Position numbers and translations under genes: made by a program. A stretch of 64,000 nt of DNA from positions 2,528,234 to 2,592,233 of the forward strand of contig OZ240239.1 of assembly GCA_965198095.1 (NCBI GenBank), read 5' to 3'. Below are positions 39,714-50,024 of the stretch, piece after piece. Each line of letters starts with the position of its first letter. Within the stretch, counting starts at the first letter, position 1. The stretch comes from Candidatus Latescibacterota bacterium. GTDB lineage: Bacteria; Latescibacterota; UBA2968; GCA-2709665. The notes below the pieces were generated by a model. It made no database searches, was not told the origin of the DNA, and was given only the letters and a program-made list of their open reading frames with translations.

Positions 39714-39972
39714 GTCCAGTCGAGGATAACAACGACACTGCGGCCAGCGAGGCAACTGACCTTGCGCAGGTTCCGTATGGGCAATTATTCATGACGCTGT
39801 GTAGAACTTGGCATTCTTTTTAGATATACGAATCTCATCCGAAGAGGGTGTCATTCGGAAAAGAGTGAAGAGATACCTAAGCCATCGGATAAATGATGCA
39901 TTTTCGAAGTGTTTGTTTTTTCAAACCGCCATTTCAGGGCATGGCCTTGGACGTCAGAGGGAGAGAAAAACG

Positions 39973-42933
39973 GTGACCAGGTTGATCTTTTGTTGGATGT
40001 TGCTGGGGTGTGGGGCCGTTTGGGCCCAGTCAGGAGGCTTTATCGAGGGGACGGTTACAGGAGAGGGGAGGGAGGCCCTGCTCGGCGCCAATATCACTGT
40101 TCAGGGAGCGGCCCTGCCGGAAGGCACCGGGACCGTAGCGGGCGCGGAGGGGCGGTTCGGCATCGCCGTTCCAGCGGGGAACTACAAGGTCGCAATCACG
40201 TTTGTCGGCTATAAGGTCGAACTACGCGAAAATGTGCAGGTGCGGTCCGGCCAGGCCACCCGGCTGGATGTGGTACTGATGGAGCAGGCCATTGTTCTTG
40301 ATCAAAGCGTGGTCTCCGCCTCCCGCCGGCGGGAAAAGATTTTGGAGGTCCCGGCCTCGGTATCCGTGGTCGAGGCCCGCGAAATTCGCAACAATCCGGA
40401 GCTGAACGTCGTCGACCATATCCAGGATCTGCCGGCGGTGGACTTTGCAAAGTGGGGAATCGCGAATAGCAGTGTGGTGGTGCGCGGCTTCAATAATGTA
40501 TTCACCGGCACCCTGCTCATGCTGACGGACAACCGCCTGGCGCGGGTGCCCTCGCTACGGGTCAACGCCCCCAATTTCATTCCGATCACCAACGACGACG
40601 TGGAACGCATCGAAGTGGTCCTGGGGCCGGGGTCGGCCCTGTACGGGCCCAACAGCGCCGATGGGGTCATGCACGTCATCACCCATTCGCCCTTTACCTC
40701 CCAGGGCACGAGCGTGCAAGTGGGGATGGGAGAACGCAACCTGCGCCAGACCGCGTTGCGGTACGCCGGCGTGGCGGGGGACCGCCTGGGCTACAAGGTT
40801 TCGGCCCGGTACTATACGGGAACGGAGTGGGAGTACACCGATCCGGAGGAGGTGAAGGCCCGGGCGCAAAGGCAGGCGGAGATAGATGCGGGAGCGGAGT
40901 TGCCGCCCCTCAAAACGCGCAACCCCGACACCAGGAACATAGGTCTCGAAGCGCGTTTGGACTGGCGGCCCTCGGACGACTTGACCGCCATTCTGTCAGC
41001 GGGACACAACAAGGCAGACCTTGTCGGGTTGACCGGCGTGGGCGCGTCGCAGACGATAGACTGGGAGTACAACTACGCCCAGTTGCGGCTGCTGTACCGC
41101 GACTGGTTCTTCCAGGTCTTCCGCAACTGGACCGATGCGGGCGGCACCTACCTGCTGCGCACGGGTGTTCCCGTTGTCGATAAGTCCTCTCTGACCGTGT
41201 TCCAGGCGCAGCACGCGTCCGGTCTGGGCGCGCGCCAGCGTTTCACCTACGGCTTTGACGCGCTGTTGACGCGGCCCGTTACCGACGGCACCATCATGGG
41301 CAGGAACGAGGACGACGACGACCTGAACGAGTTCGGCGTTTACGTGCAGAGCGAAACCGCCCTGGGCGAGCTGCTGGATCTGGTGCTGGCCCTGCGCTAC
41401 GACTACCACACCCGCCTCGCGGATCCCGAATTTTCGCCCCGGGCCGCCCTGGTATTCAAGCCACAGGAGACCCAGACGCTGCGGCTGACCTACAACCGGG
41501 CGTTCAGCACGCCCACGACGAACAATCTCTACCTCGACCTGCAAACGAGCAGAGATCCCTTTGGGCTGAGCCCGATTTTCACGCCTCTCCTTGCAGCGCG
41601 CGGCCTGGAGTTCAAGTCAATCGACATCTGGATCCAGGGAAACTACAGGAGCAACAGCTACGGCCTCACCTTCCGGCAGGACGGGGAGGGCCGGCCCCTG
41701 TTCCGCTCGCCCTTTGCCCCAATGGCCGGTCTGCCGGCCGACCAGTACCTGCCTCTGGACGACCCGTCGTTCACCAACGTGATGTGGGGAATCGGCCGGG
41801 GGGCGGTGTTGGCACAGGTTGGGCCCGCTTTCCAGGAGCTGGCTGTCGGCGCCCTGACGGCTCAGGGCATGGGGGCCGAAGCAGCCCAGGCCGCAGCCGG
41901 CCAGTTGGTCGCGGTCCTGTCGGGCATCGTGCCCGAGCAATTGCCCGGCCTGCGCAATGTCATGGGCAGATTGAACATAGAGTTGGAGCCTCTCGGTGAA
42001 GCGCCCGATGAACATCGGCAGCCTTTCTTCTTTGTGGAGGCGGACGGCACCACCCCCATTACGGCCTATGACGTGCCGCGCATCCAGTCGGCCATTACCC
42101 ATACGATCGAACTGGGCTACAAAAGTGTGGTGGCCGACAAACTGGTCGTGGCCGCGGATCTGTACCAGTCCAGGATCGAGAATTTCGTCGGGTCGGTGTC
42201 GGTGGAGACCCCGAATGTCTTCCTCGACCCGCAGACTCTGGGCGCGGCGCTGAGCGAGGGGATAAGCCAGGCCCTGTCCGACCCGGCCAACGCGGGACTG
42301 GCCGTCGCCCTGCAGGCGCTGGACGCGGTGCAGGTGCCGGGCGTGGTGCAGGGCAACAACAACGGCTCGCCGGTGGACGAACTGGCCGGCATCTTCACCG
42401 CAGGGGCGGCAGCCATCCCCTACGGCACGGTCTCGCCCGAGCAGGCTTCCGATCCCTACGCGATGATTATGAGCTACCGCAATTATGAAGATGTGACCAT
42501 CCGCGGGCTGGACCTGAGCCTGGCCTACTACGCCGACAACGATTGGAAGCTCACGGGGAACTATTCCTTTGTCAACGACAATTTCTTCGAGAACCTGGCG
42601 TACTCCCAGGCTGCGGGAGGTGGCGACATCGCCCTGAACGCGCCCAGGCACAAGGTCAAACTGGGGGCGACCTACGACTTCGCCGGGTGGGGGCTGGCGG
42701 TAGGTGGCGCGTTGCGTTACACCGATTCCTTCCCCATGCAATCGGGGGTGTACGTGGGCGAGGTGGATGCCTATACCGTGCTGGATCTGAACCTGAACTA
42801 CCAGTTGCCCTTAAAGCAGGATCTGGTGCTGCAGGTCGACGCGAGCAACGTGCTGGACAAGCCCTATCGGTCGTTCGTCGGCGCCCCGGAGGTGGGCCGC
42901 CTCGTCTCCGGGCAGGTGGGGCTGCGCTTCTGA
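39973..42933 (+). CDS. TonB-dependent receptor, SusC-like (CarboxypepD_reg N-domain, plug, 22-strand barrel); GTG start proposed
   Basis: Start trimmed to GTG (VTRLIFCWMLLGCGAVWAQS signal), with AGGGAGAG upstream. Plug motifs present. C-terminal ...GQVGLRF. About 986 aa. Confidence 0.75.
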   Translation: MTRLIFCWMLLGCGAVWAQSGGFIEGTVTGEGREALLGANITVQGAALPEGTGTVAGAEGRFGIAVPAGNYKVAITFVGYKVELRENVQVRSGQATRLDVVLMEQAIVLDQSVVSASRRREKILEVPASVSVVEAREIRNNPELNVVDHIQDLPAVDFAKWGIANSSVVVRGFNNVFTGTLLMLTDNRLARVPSLRVNAPNFIPITNDDVERIEVVLGPGSALYGPNSADGVMHVITHSPFTSQGTSVQVGMGERNLRQTALRYAGVAGDRLGYKVSARYYTGTEWEYTDPEEVKARAQRQAEIDAGAELPPLKTRNPDTRNIGLEARLDWRPSDDLTAILSAGHNKADLVGLTGVGASQTIDWEYNYAQLRLLYRDWFFQVFRNWTDAGGTYLLRTGVPVVDKSSLTVFQAQHASGLGARQRFTYGFDALLTRPVTDGTIMGRNEDDDDLNEFGVYVQSETALGELLDLVLALRYDYHTRLADPEFSPRAALVFKPQETQTLRLTYNRAFSTPTTNNLYLDLQTSRDPFGLSPIFTPLLAARGLEFKSIDIWIQGNYRSNSYGLTFRQDGEGRPLFRSPFAPMAGLPADQYLPLDDPSFTNVMWGIGRGAVLAQVGPAFQELAVGALTAQGMGAEAAQAAAGQLVAVLSGIVPEQLPGLRNVMGRLNIELEPLGEAPDEHRQPFFFVEADGTTPITAYDVPRIQSAITHTIELGYKSVVADKLVVAADLYQSRIENFVGSVSVETPNVFLDPQTLGAALSEGISQALSDPANAGLAVALQALDAVQVPGVVQGNNNGSPVDELAGIFTAGAAAIPYGTVSPEQASDPYAMIMSYRNYEDVTIRGLDLSLAYYADNDWKLTGNYSFVNDNFFENLAYSQAAGGGDIALNAPRHKVKLGATYDFAGWGLAVGGALRYTDSFPMQSGVYVGEVDAYTVLDLNLNYQLPLKQDLVLQVDASNVLDKPYRSFVGAPEVGRLVSGQVGLRF

Positions 42934-42951
42934 GCATGCCGCAAAGCAGGC

Positions 42952-42995
42952 AAAGCGGGGAGGTGGCTGTGGCCGCCCCCCCGCTTTGTTTTGTG
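42952..42995 (+). terminator. Terminator-like hairpin after the TonB-dependent receptor
   Basis: AAAGCGGGG, an 18-nt loop, CCCCGCTTT, then GTTTTGTG. Confidence 0.45.
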
Positions 42996-43174
42996 CCCGG
43001 CCGGTGTTCCAGGGCCGTTTATTTCATTCGGCTTGCGCAGGGTCGGGACCAGCGTCACCCTCACTGTAATTTGAGGTCTCTTTTGGCATCGGCGCGCTCA
43101 AACGAAAACTCCCATACCCTTCGAACCGGTGCGGCTCTCTGGTGGGAGGAAAGACTTCGCGCGTCCGAGAACGA

Positions 43175-44014
43175 TCAATTGCCGGATTTGCGCTCAAGCG
43201 TTTCCAGCCGGCGATAGCCGTAGGCCGGAATACTGGATGACGACTCGGTCACGTCACTGGTAAACATGCTGAATCTTTCGACTCGCAGACGGTAGCTATA
43301 GTTGTGCCAGGGCTGGAAATCCACGATTTCACCGCGGAACGCCGCACCATTGACGACGTTACAATACACCGGATAGTTGCTGTCACACCTGGTCCTGTGC
43401 GGCCCTACGCTGATTTCCTCTTCCGTACCCGTGGCTTCAGTTTCCGAGCTGATTTCATTCAACACGTACCGACCATCGCCATATCTATTGACATCGAGGG
43501 CATAGTGATAGCCGGCCTCGTAATCGAAGTTGGTGATCATATCATCGTAGGGCGCGCCGTCAATCAGCAGACAGAAGTCGTCGATCCGTGCGCATTTCAC
43601 CCGCGTCGGTCCCACGGATAAGGTTTCGGGAGTGGATGAAGGCCGGGTTTTTTCCAGTTGTTCCAGAAGACGATAAGCGTATCGGCCGGCATCCTGCGGC
43701 GGTTCCTCTCCACCCCAGGGGTCATATTTCCCGATCCGCAGACGATAGTCGTAGCCGGCCTCGAAATCGAAGCCCTCGATACCATCGTAGAAAAATGAGC
43801 CGTCAACCAGCAGGCAGGACTGTCTGCCGACGCCGTAGCATTTGGTCAGGGCCGGACCGACGGTTACTTCCCGTATCTCAATGTATTTGGGCTCGTTCGG
43901 TTCCACCGGACCTTCGCAGGCGGCAAAAACCAGGACCAACAGCACGAAAAGAAAAGAACATCCGGTATGCACGGGTTCACCCTTCTGCAAGCGTTTGGAT
44001 AGGGTCATAGTCAT
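43175..44014 (-). CDS. Lipoprotein built from three DUF4377-like repeats
   Basis: Lipobox (LVLVFAAC). Three modules of roughly 70-85 aa, each with VGP..C, CLL[VI]DG and F[DE]YEAGY[DH]Y.L motifs. Confidence 0.6.
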   Translation of the reverse strand: MTMTLSKRLQKGEPVHTGCSFLFVLLVLVFAACEGPVEPNEPKYIEIREVTVGPALTKCYGVGRQSCLLVDGSFFYDGIEGFDFEAGYDYRLRIGKYDPWGGEEPPQDAGRYAYRLLEQLEKTRPSSTPETLSVGPTRVKCARIDDFCLLIDGAPYDDMITNFDYEAGYHYALDVNRYGDGRYVLNEISSETEATGTEEEISVGPHRTRCDSNYPVYCNVVNGAAFRGEIVDFQPWHNYSYRLRVERFSMFTSDVTESSSSIPAYGYRRLETLERKSGN

Positions 44015-44509
44015 ACTCTCGTTTTTGGCGTCCAGTACCGGCCATGTGCAAGCCAATGTCTATAATTGAAGACACGCTCCAAGTCTGCAATGACAGATTG
44101 GCGAACATCCCCATGCCGTTGCCACACAGAGAAAATATCCGTTGGCGACACACGTTGACCCTTCTCCAGATGTAATTCTCGAAGGGCCTATGACAGAGAA
44201 TCTTTTCGTCTTCTATGGCAACGCTGCAGAAAGTCCATACGGAAAGCTGCCTCTAAAGCTGCCAAGATGCTCATGGATGTACTCCGTGCATGTTCTGCGA
44301 GAACGGAGATCATCTCAAGTTCCATTTCCGGTGACGTATAACCGGCGAAACGCTCGCCCAAGGTGGCCGGCTTGATACCGCGCCCAGCGCTACAATTCAG
44401 GATTGGCCTGGGTCCGGGAGCACGGCCGGGCTTACTCCCGTGACGGTACTTTGGGGCGGCCCCTGACTTTCGAGTGATGGGACAGAACAGGGCCGGGCAC
44501 GGCCGTGGG

Positions 44510-45349
44510 TCAACGGGTCAGGGACCGAAAATAGTCCCGGTAGCGGATCGTCTCGGTGAGGTTGTCACATTCATTGCAGCGTTCCCACGCTGTCCAGACG
44601 TATTCGATTCCGATCCACCCTCGGTAGCCTGTGTCCTGCATGGCCTTGAAGACCCGTTTGTAATCGATCACGTTCCGGTCGAAGCGCTCCTGCAGTCGCC
44701 CGCGACGCCCGCCTCTGACGTGAAAGTGGCTGGCGTGTTTCACGAGAGGCTCGACTTCGGAATCGGGCAGTCCGATTTTCGTGAAATGCGTGTAGTCCAA
44801 CGTCAGGGTCAATCCAGGTACGCGTCTGACGAGATGCTCCGCCGATTTGGGGCGAGGAGCGATAGAGCCGATGTGGGCCTCCACACCGAAGACGATTTCG
44901 TATTCTCTGGCTTGTTCCACGCGCCAGCTGAGCTCGTCAACGGCGCGTGCGAAAGATGCCTTCAGAGACTCCTCGCCAAAGCGCACGCCAGGCAGAGCGG
45001 TCACGTGTCTACATCCGCACTCGGCCGCGTAATCCAGCGTCCTGCAGAACCAGTCGCGGGCCTTTCGGCGCCTCGAAGCCAGGGGATGGTTCGAGGCGAA
45101 CGGCCCGGGGTCCGCGTCTGTCTGGAGAAAGACGTCGGCTGCCTTCAGACCCAGGTCGTCCAACTTCATCTTCAGCCGCCTGGCTGACCCGGGAAGCTTC
45201 TCGAACTCACCCGATGGCTGAAGGTGGGAACGGTTTTCGAACAGCCCGATGTCCACGCCTCCGAACTCGAGCATGGAGATCAGCCGCAACGCGTCGCCGT
45301 GCGGCAGCAGTGGAAACGTGAAGTCGGCGCAGGCGAGCTTCGGTCTCAC
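44510..45349 (-). CDS. Sugar-phosphate isomerase/epimerase (xylose-isomerase-like TIM barrel); GTG start overlapping the SDR stop (GTGA)
   Basis: ORF 44510..45409 trimmed to codon 21 (GTG at 45349-45347, overlapping the TGA of the upstream SDR gene). KLACADFTFP is the beta-1 strand. Confidence 0.65.
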   Translation of the reverse strand: MRPKLACADFTFPLLPHGDALRLISMLEFGGVDIGLFENRSHLQPSGEFEKLPGSARRLKMKLDDLGLKAADVFLQTDADPGPFASNHPLASRRRKARDWFCRTLDYAAECGCRHVTALPGVRFGEESLKASFARAVDELSWRVEQAREYEIVFGVEAHIGSIAPRPKSAEHLVRRVPGLTLTLDYTHFTKIGLPDSEVEPLVKHASHFHVRGGRRGRLQERFDRNVIDYKRVFKAMQDTGYRGWIGIEYVWTAWERCNECDNLTETIRYRDYFRSLTR

Positions 45350-46155
45350 GAGCCTCCCGTAAAGCTTGCATGCGAGGTTTCCCATTCCGCGGCCGTCGTG
45401 TAGCCGCAATCGACGACCAGGGAGGTTCCCGTAACGCCCGCGGAGTCCTCGCTCGACAAATAGAGGATCGCCTTCGCGATTTCTCCTGGCGTAAGTGCTT
45501 TGCCCATGGGCACGCGGCGGAGCCGCACGGCGAGCGCGGCTTCAGGGTCGGGCGTCGCTTCAAGGTGCTCGCGCAGCATCGGCGTATCGGTGAGCCCAGG
45601 GCAGACGCAGTTGCAGCGCAGACCGTCCGCGGCATAATCCAAGGCGATGGAACGGCTCAGGCCAAGGACTGCGTACTTGGACGTCGTATAGGCGGGCGTC
45701 AGTGCTTGACCCACAAAGCTGCTGATCGAACCGACGTTGACCATGTAGCTCCGTTTGTTCTTTTTGAGGTGGTGGATACCGTGCTTCGCAACGTAAAAGA
45801 TCGACTTGACGTTCACGTTCATCAGACGGTCCCAGTCCTGGCCCGCGTAGTCGTGCAGAGGGGCGACGTGTACGATGCCCGCGCAGTTGACGATGATCTG
45901 AAGACCCCCGAAATGTCTGACCGTACCGTCTAGTGACTCGCGGATTTGCGCTTCGCTGGTAACGTCGCATTCGATGGAAATGGCGGCCCTTCCGAGCTCA
46001 TTGATCCGTTCAGCGATCTTTTGACCTTTCTCGCCCTGGACATCCACGACGGCGACCTTTGCGCCTTCCCGGGCGAACAGCTCGGCGGTCGCTTCGCCTA
46101 TCCCCGAAGCGCCTCCCGTGATCCAGGCGACCTGTCCTTCCAGGCGTCCCCGCAC
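45346..46155 (-). CDS. SDR-family oxidoreductase
   Basis: TGGASGIGEA Rossmann motif, the YxxxK catalytic motif region, 269 aa. Confidence 0.85.
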   Translation of the reverse strand: MRGRLEGQVAWITGGASGIGEATAELFAREGAKVAVVDVQGEKGQKIAERINELGRAAISIECDVTSEAQIRESLDGTVRHFGGLQIIVNCAGIVHVAPLHDYAGQDWDRLMNVNVKSIFYVAKHGIHHLKKNKRSYMVNVGSISSFVGQALTPAYTTSKYAVLGLSRSIALDYAADGLRCNCVCPGLTDTPMLREHLEATPDPEAALAVRLRRVPMGKALTPGEIAKAILYLSSEDSAGVTGTSLVVDCGYTTAAEWETSHASFTGGS

Positions 46156-46159
46156 GCTG

Positions 46160-47290
46160 TCATCCCTCCCGTGACGTCCCGACGGAGAGTCGGACCCACT
46201 TGTCCTGAAAGCCTTTGCGGTCGAAAACCTCCGGGTTCAAGACTCCTATGGGTCGTTTGCCCGTATGGAGATTGACCATCCCCTGGCAAACGGCCCTGCC
46301 GATGTCCCGGACAAGCTCGTTCGTCCACGCGATGGAATGCGGGGCGAGCAGCACGTTTTCGAACGCTCCGAACCGGTGCGGAGAGAGGATGGGCTCACCC
46401 ACGAAGCAATCGATCGCGGCCCCCGCGATCGCTCGGCCTTTCAGCGCGTCGTAGAGCGCATCTTCGTTTACGATCCCGCCGCGCGCCGTGTTGATCAGGA
46501 AGGCGCCAGGTTTCATGAGCGCGAGCTCTGCGGGGCCGATCAGATCCCTCGTCTCCTCATTCAAGGGGCAATGGACCGAAACGAAATCGGCCTCGGCCAT
46601 CAAATCGCGTAGCGGCACCAGCTTGACGCCGAGTTTTTTCGCTTCTGACGGCGCCACGTACGGATCGAAAGCGATCGGCGGCGCCATCCCGAAAGTGCTC
46701 AGGAGGCGGATCGTTTCGCGGGCGATTCCGCCGAGCCCGACCGCCCCGAGCGTCCGGTCTCGCAGCTCCACGCCCATGTACGCGGTGCGGTCGTTCCATC
46801 GGCCTTCCCGGAGGAGTTGGTCTTTCACGCGCACGTGATGGGTCAACGCGATCAGCCATCCCACCGTGGCCTCGGCAACCGGCCGATCCACGGCGCCCCG
46901 CGTGATAAAGGCCACAACGTCCGCCGACGTGCATGCCTGGACATCCACCGCATCGTAGCCCACGCCAAACCGACCTATCGCAAGCAGGTTCTCGGCCTTG
47001 GAAACCGTTTCGCCGCTTACGACTTGCGCGTGTACGATCACGCCGTTTGCCTGAAGGATCTGGTCGGGCGTGATCGGACTCCGGTCCTCGGAGAGCGGGA
47101 AAAGCTCGATCCGGGCAAATTCCCTGAACGTGGCCCGGGCCGCATCTCTGAATTTGGAATTCCCCTCATAGAAGTCGGCCGCAACTGCGACTCGGAATGG
47201 CTCGGATGGCATCCCGCTGCTTTCACCTTTGAAGGTCTGTCTAAAGCGCCGGTCGACGCGACGGGGTCCTCTTTCCGAGATAACTTCCAT
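46160..47290 (-). CDS. D-isomer-specific 2-hydroxyacid dehydrogenase family protein (alternative start at 47212)
   Basis: GxGxxG NAD-binding fold (LGAVGLGGIARE). Catalytic His/Glu region present. Confidence 0.8.
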   Translation of the reverse strand: MEVISERGPRRVDRRFRQTFKGESSGMPSEPFRVAVAADFYEGNSKFRDAARATFREFARIELFPLSEDRSPITPDQILQANGVIVHAQVVSGETVSKAENLLAIGRFGVGYDAVDVQACTSADVVAFITRGAVDRPVAEATVGWLIALTHHVRVKDQLLREGRWNDRTAYMGVELRDRTLGAVGLGGIARETIRLLSTFGMAPPIAFDPYVAPSEAKKLGVKLVPLRDLMAEADFVSVHCPLNEETRDLIGPAELALMKPGAFLINTARGGIVNEDALYDALKGRAIAGAAIDCFVGEPILSPHRFGAFENVLLAPHSIAWTNELVRDIGRAVCQGMVNLHTGKRPIGVLNPEVFDRKGFQDKWVRLSVGTSREG

Positions 47291-47579
47291 ATAAATAGCA
47301 CCCTTGTCAAGCCCGACACGAACGAGCCGGAATCTCTTGCATCCTGAACATGCAGCCCTTATTTTGGGCTCACATTTCCGATTCGAGATCTACCTGTATC
47401 CGGGCATAGGTTTTGGGAGATCGTCCGGTGTCGCAGGGAGGCCTGTCCGGGTCGCGATCGGCCGACGCGTTCGGAGAGGGTGCCGGCGTGGTTGGGGACG
47501 GCTGTCGATGCGCGAGCGGGCCCCTGCTCGATTGGCTTGTCGCGGTTGGAAAACGTCACAAAAAAGGTGAGAGGATCGC

Positions 47580-48689
47580 ATGATCGAGAGAAAGCATTAC
47601 AGGGCCGGCGCGATCGGACGCACGGGAAAGGGCCGCTATGGACACGGCCTGCACTTGGCATATAAGGGGATCGATGAAGTGGACCTGGTGGCTGTGGCCG
47701 ATCCGGACGAAGAAGGTCGTGCGGCCGCGATGAAGGAGACGGGCGTCACGATCGGCTATGCCGACTACCGGGAGATGCTGGAGAAGGAAGACCTGGATAT
47801 CGTCAGTGTCTGTCCGAGATGGGTGGATTGCCACCTGGAGATGGTGTTGGCCTGCGTGGACGCGGGGTGCCACATCTACTGCGAGAAACCGATGGCCATG
47901 AACCTGGAAGATGCCGATCGAATGGTGGATGCGGCCGATCAGGCCGGGATCAAGCTTGCCGTCGCGCACCAGGGCGTCTATCTGCCTCAGGTGCAAGAAG
48001 TGAAGGGCAGGATAGAATCGGGTGAGATCGGCCGACTGGAGGCGCTTTACGCGCTGGGAAAACAGGATCACCGGGGCGGAGGCGAGGACATGATGGTGCT
48101 TGGAACGCATCTCTTCAGTCTGATGCGTTTCCTTGCAGGCGATGTCGACTGGATGTCTGCCCACGTTACAGCCGGGGGCCGCGACATCAGACCCGAGGAC
48201 GTGAGGGAAGGCCACGAGCCCATCGGTCCGATCGCAGGCGATTCGGTCAGCAGCTATTTCTGGTTCAAGAGCGGAGTATCGGGCCACTTTTCGTCGAGCG
48301 TCAACCAGAGCGCCTGGGCGCCTGGCGGCGGTAGGGGTTCGGGGATGAGCCTGGAGATCGTCGGGCGGGAAGGAAGGATGAGTATGAAGGACGGGGCTGC
48401 GGCAGAAGTGCGCATCTACCCCTACGGCGTTTCGACGCCCTGGGACGGCAGCCCGCCCTGGAGAGCCCTCGACGTTGAATGCCTGGACTACCTGCAGGGG
48501 AATCGGCTCGCCATCCTTGAGCTGATCAAAGCGATCCAACAAAACCGTGAGCCCGTCGGCAGCGGCCGCGACGCGCGCGCCGCTCTGGAGATGATTCTGG
48601 GCGCCTATGAATCGCAGACGAAGGGCGGCACCCGGGTCTCCCTTCCGATTGCCGACCGCGCTCATCCGCTTGAGCGATTTCGTTCCTGA
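47580..48689 (+). CDS. Gfo/Idh/MocA-family oxidoreductase
   Basis: N-terminal Rossmann fold (GAIGRTGKG...) and the EKP motif (IYCEKPMA). Confidence 0.8.
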   Translation: MIERKHYRAGAIGRTGKGRYGHGLHLAYKGIDEVDLVAVADPDEEGRAAAMKETGVTIGYADYREMLEKEDLDIVSVCPRWVDCHLEMVLACVDAGCHIYCEKPMAMNLEDADRMVDAADQAGIKLAVAHQGVYLPQVQEVKGRIESGEIGRLEALYALGKQDHRGGGEDMMVLGTHLFSLMRFLAGDVDWMSAHVTAGGRDIRPEDVREGHEPIGPIAGDSVSSYFWFKSGVSGHFSSSVNQSAWAPGGGRGSGMSLEIVGREGRMSMKDGAAAEVRIYPYGVSTPWDGSPPWRALDVECLDYLQGNRLAILELIKAIQQNREPVGSGRDARAALEMILGAYESQTKGGTRVSLPIADRAHPLERFRS

Positions 48690-48749
48690 TCCGAAATCCC
48701 CGGGCTTTGAATCTACAGATTCAGCCGGCCACGGGAGAAAACCGATCCC

Positions 48750-49709
48750 ATGGAGCTAAAGATAGACCGGGACATCAGGGGAGACGTCAAGGCCCCCGTC
48801 CTGCTTGCGGGATGGCCCGGGATGGGCAGCGTCGGCGTGGGCGCCATCGATTATCTCCGGAGACAACTGGATGCCACGCCCTTCGCGGAGCTGGACCTGA
48901 GCGAGTTCTTCACGCCTGAAGCCGTTGTGGTCGAGCACGGCATCGCCAAGGCCTTCACGGACCTGCCGAAGCACGTCTTCTACTACGTCCGCGAGCCTGA
49001 ACTGATCATCTTCGAGAGCGAGGCCCAGGTCGGCGGTACAGGCGGGATCACGCTGATGACCCGGATTCTCGACTTCGCATCGGAATTGAAGGTCGGGAAG
49101 ATCTACACGGGCGCGGCATTCGCCAAGCCCATGAGTCACCGGGAACCGGTGAAGGTTCTGGGCGTGGCGAACCGAGAGCGTTTGAGAGACAGTCTCGTCC
49201 CCCACGGTGTGGAGATCCTGGAAAGCGGGCATATCTCGGGTCTCAACGGCCTGCTTCTCGGGTTCGCGGGATTGAGGGAGATTGAAGCCGCCTGTCTGCT
49301 CGCCACCATGCCGCAATATGCCCAGATGATGCCGAACCCGAAGGCCTCTCGAGAGATCATTCGTGTCTTCGAGTCCATACTGCGCGTCCGGATCGACATG
49401 GCGGAGATTGACCAGGCCGCGGAGCAGATGGATCAAACGATGTCTGAGATCGAGGAGAAGATACGGACGACCTTCTCCAGTATGGAGATGGAGGAGGATG
49501 AGGCGTCCGAACTGGAGCAAGTGGATGAAGCGCAGGTGCCTCAGTACGTGATGGAGAAGATCGAGAGACTGTTTGAAGAGATTCAGCGGGAGAACTCGAG
49601 ACAGAAAGCGACCCAGCTCAAGAAGGAGCTGGACCGCTGGAACCTTTACAGTCTTTATGAAGATAGATTCTTGAACCTGTTTCGCCAGGACAGGGAAGGC
49701 GGTGTTTAG
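48750..49709 (+). CDS. PAC2-family (proteasome-assembly-chaperone-2-like) protein with an acidic coiled C-terminal tail
   Basis: APVLLAGWPGMGSVGVGAIDYL N-terminal signature, typical of PAC2/COG2047 proteins. 319 aa. Confidence 0.55.
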   Translation: MELKIDRDIRGDVKAPVLLAGWPGMGSVGVGAIDYLRRQLDATPFAELDLSEFFTPEAVVVEHGIAKAFTDLPKHVFYYVREPELIIFESEAQVGGTGGITLMTRILDFASELKVGKIYTGAAFAKPMSHREPVKVLGVANRERLRDSLVPHGVEILESGHISGLNGLLLGFAGLREIEAACLLATMPQYAQMMPNPKASREIIRVFESILRVRIDMAEIDQAAEQMDQTMSEIEEKIRTTFSSMEMEEDEASELEQVDEAQVPQYVMEKIERLFEEIQRENSRQKATQLKKELDRWNLYSLYEDRFLNLFRQDREGGV

Positions 49710-49959
49710 CAGCCATCGGAGGTTTTACGAGGCGCGGGCACGTATTCCGCACGGGACGCACCTTTTTTTCTTGAGGAAACCAGATGTCGACTCCGCCGAA
49801 ATCCCTTTCCAGATGCAGTTTTCGCAGCTAAATTCAGGCGCGATGCGCAACCGGTCCCGATGTTGCGGGTGAGGGTTCGCCCGAGGCTTGACCTGAACGC
49901 CCCACCGCTCGAGGAAGACCGAGCCTGAGTCGAGCGAAAGGATGCGCCGCATCCTTTCT

Positions 49960-49990
49960 GTCCTGCAGCGCAACGCCGTGCGCAGGCAGG
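49960..49990. repeat. GC-rich palindromic repeat, copy F (degenerate), preceded by a 9-bp-stem hairpin
   Basis: aaaggatgcGCCgcatccttt, then tcctgcagcgcaacgccgtgcgcaggcagga. Confidence 0.5.
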
Positions 49991-50024
49991 AACAAAGCTG
50001 CCCGCTTCGTGGTCGCTTGCCGAA

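Noticed and set aside
44142-44375. 77-aa plus-strand ORF and a 45-aa minus-strand ORF (MELEMISVLAEHARSTSMSILAALEAAFRMDFLQRCHRRRKDSLS) in the 450-bp spacer between the DUF4377 gene and the isomerase
   Set aside because: No RBS, no recognisable fold, and they overlap each other. Possibly a small protein, but the support is insufficient.
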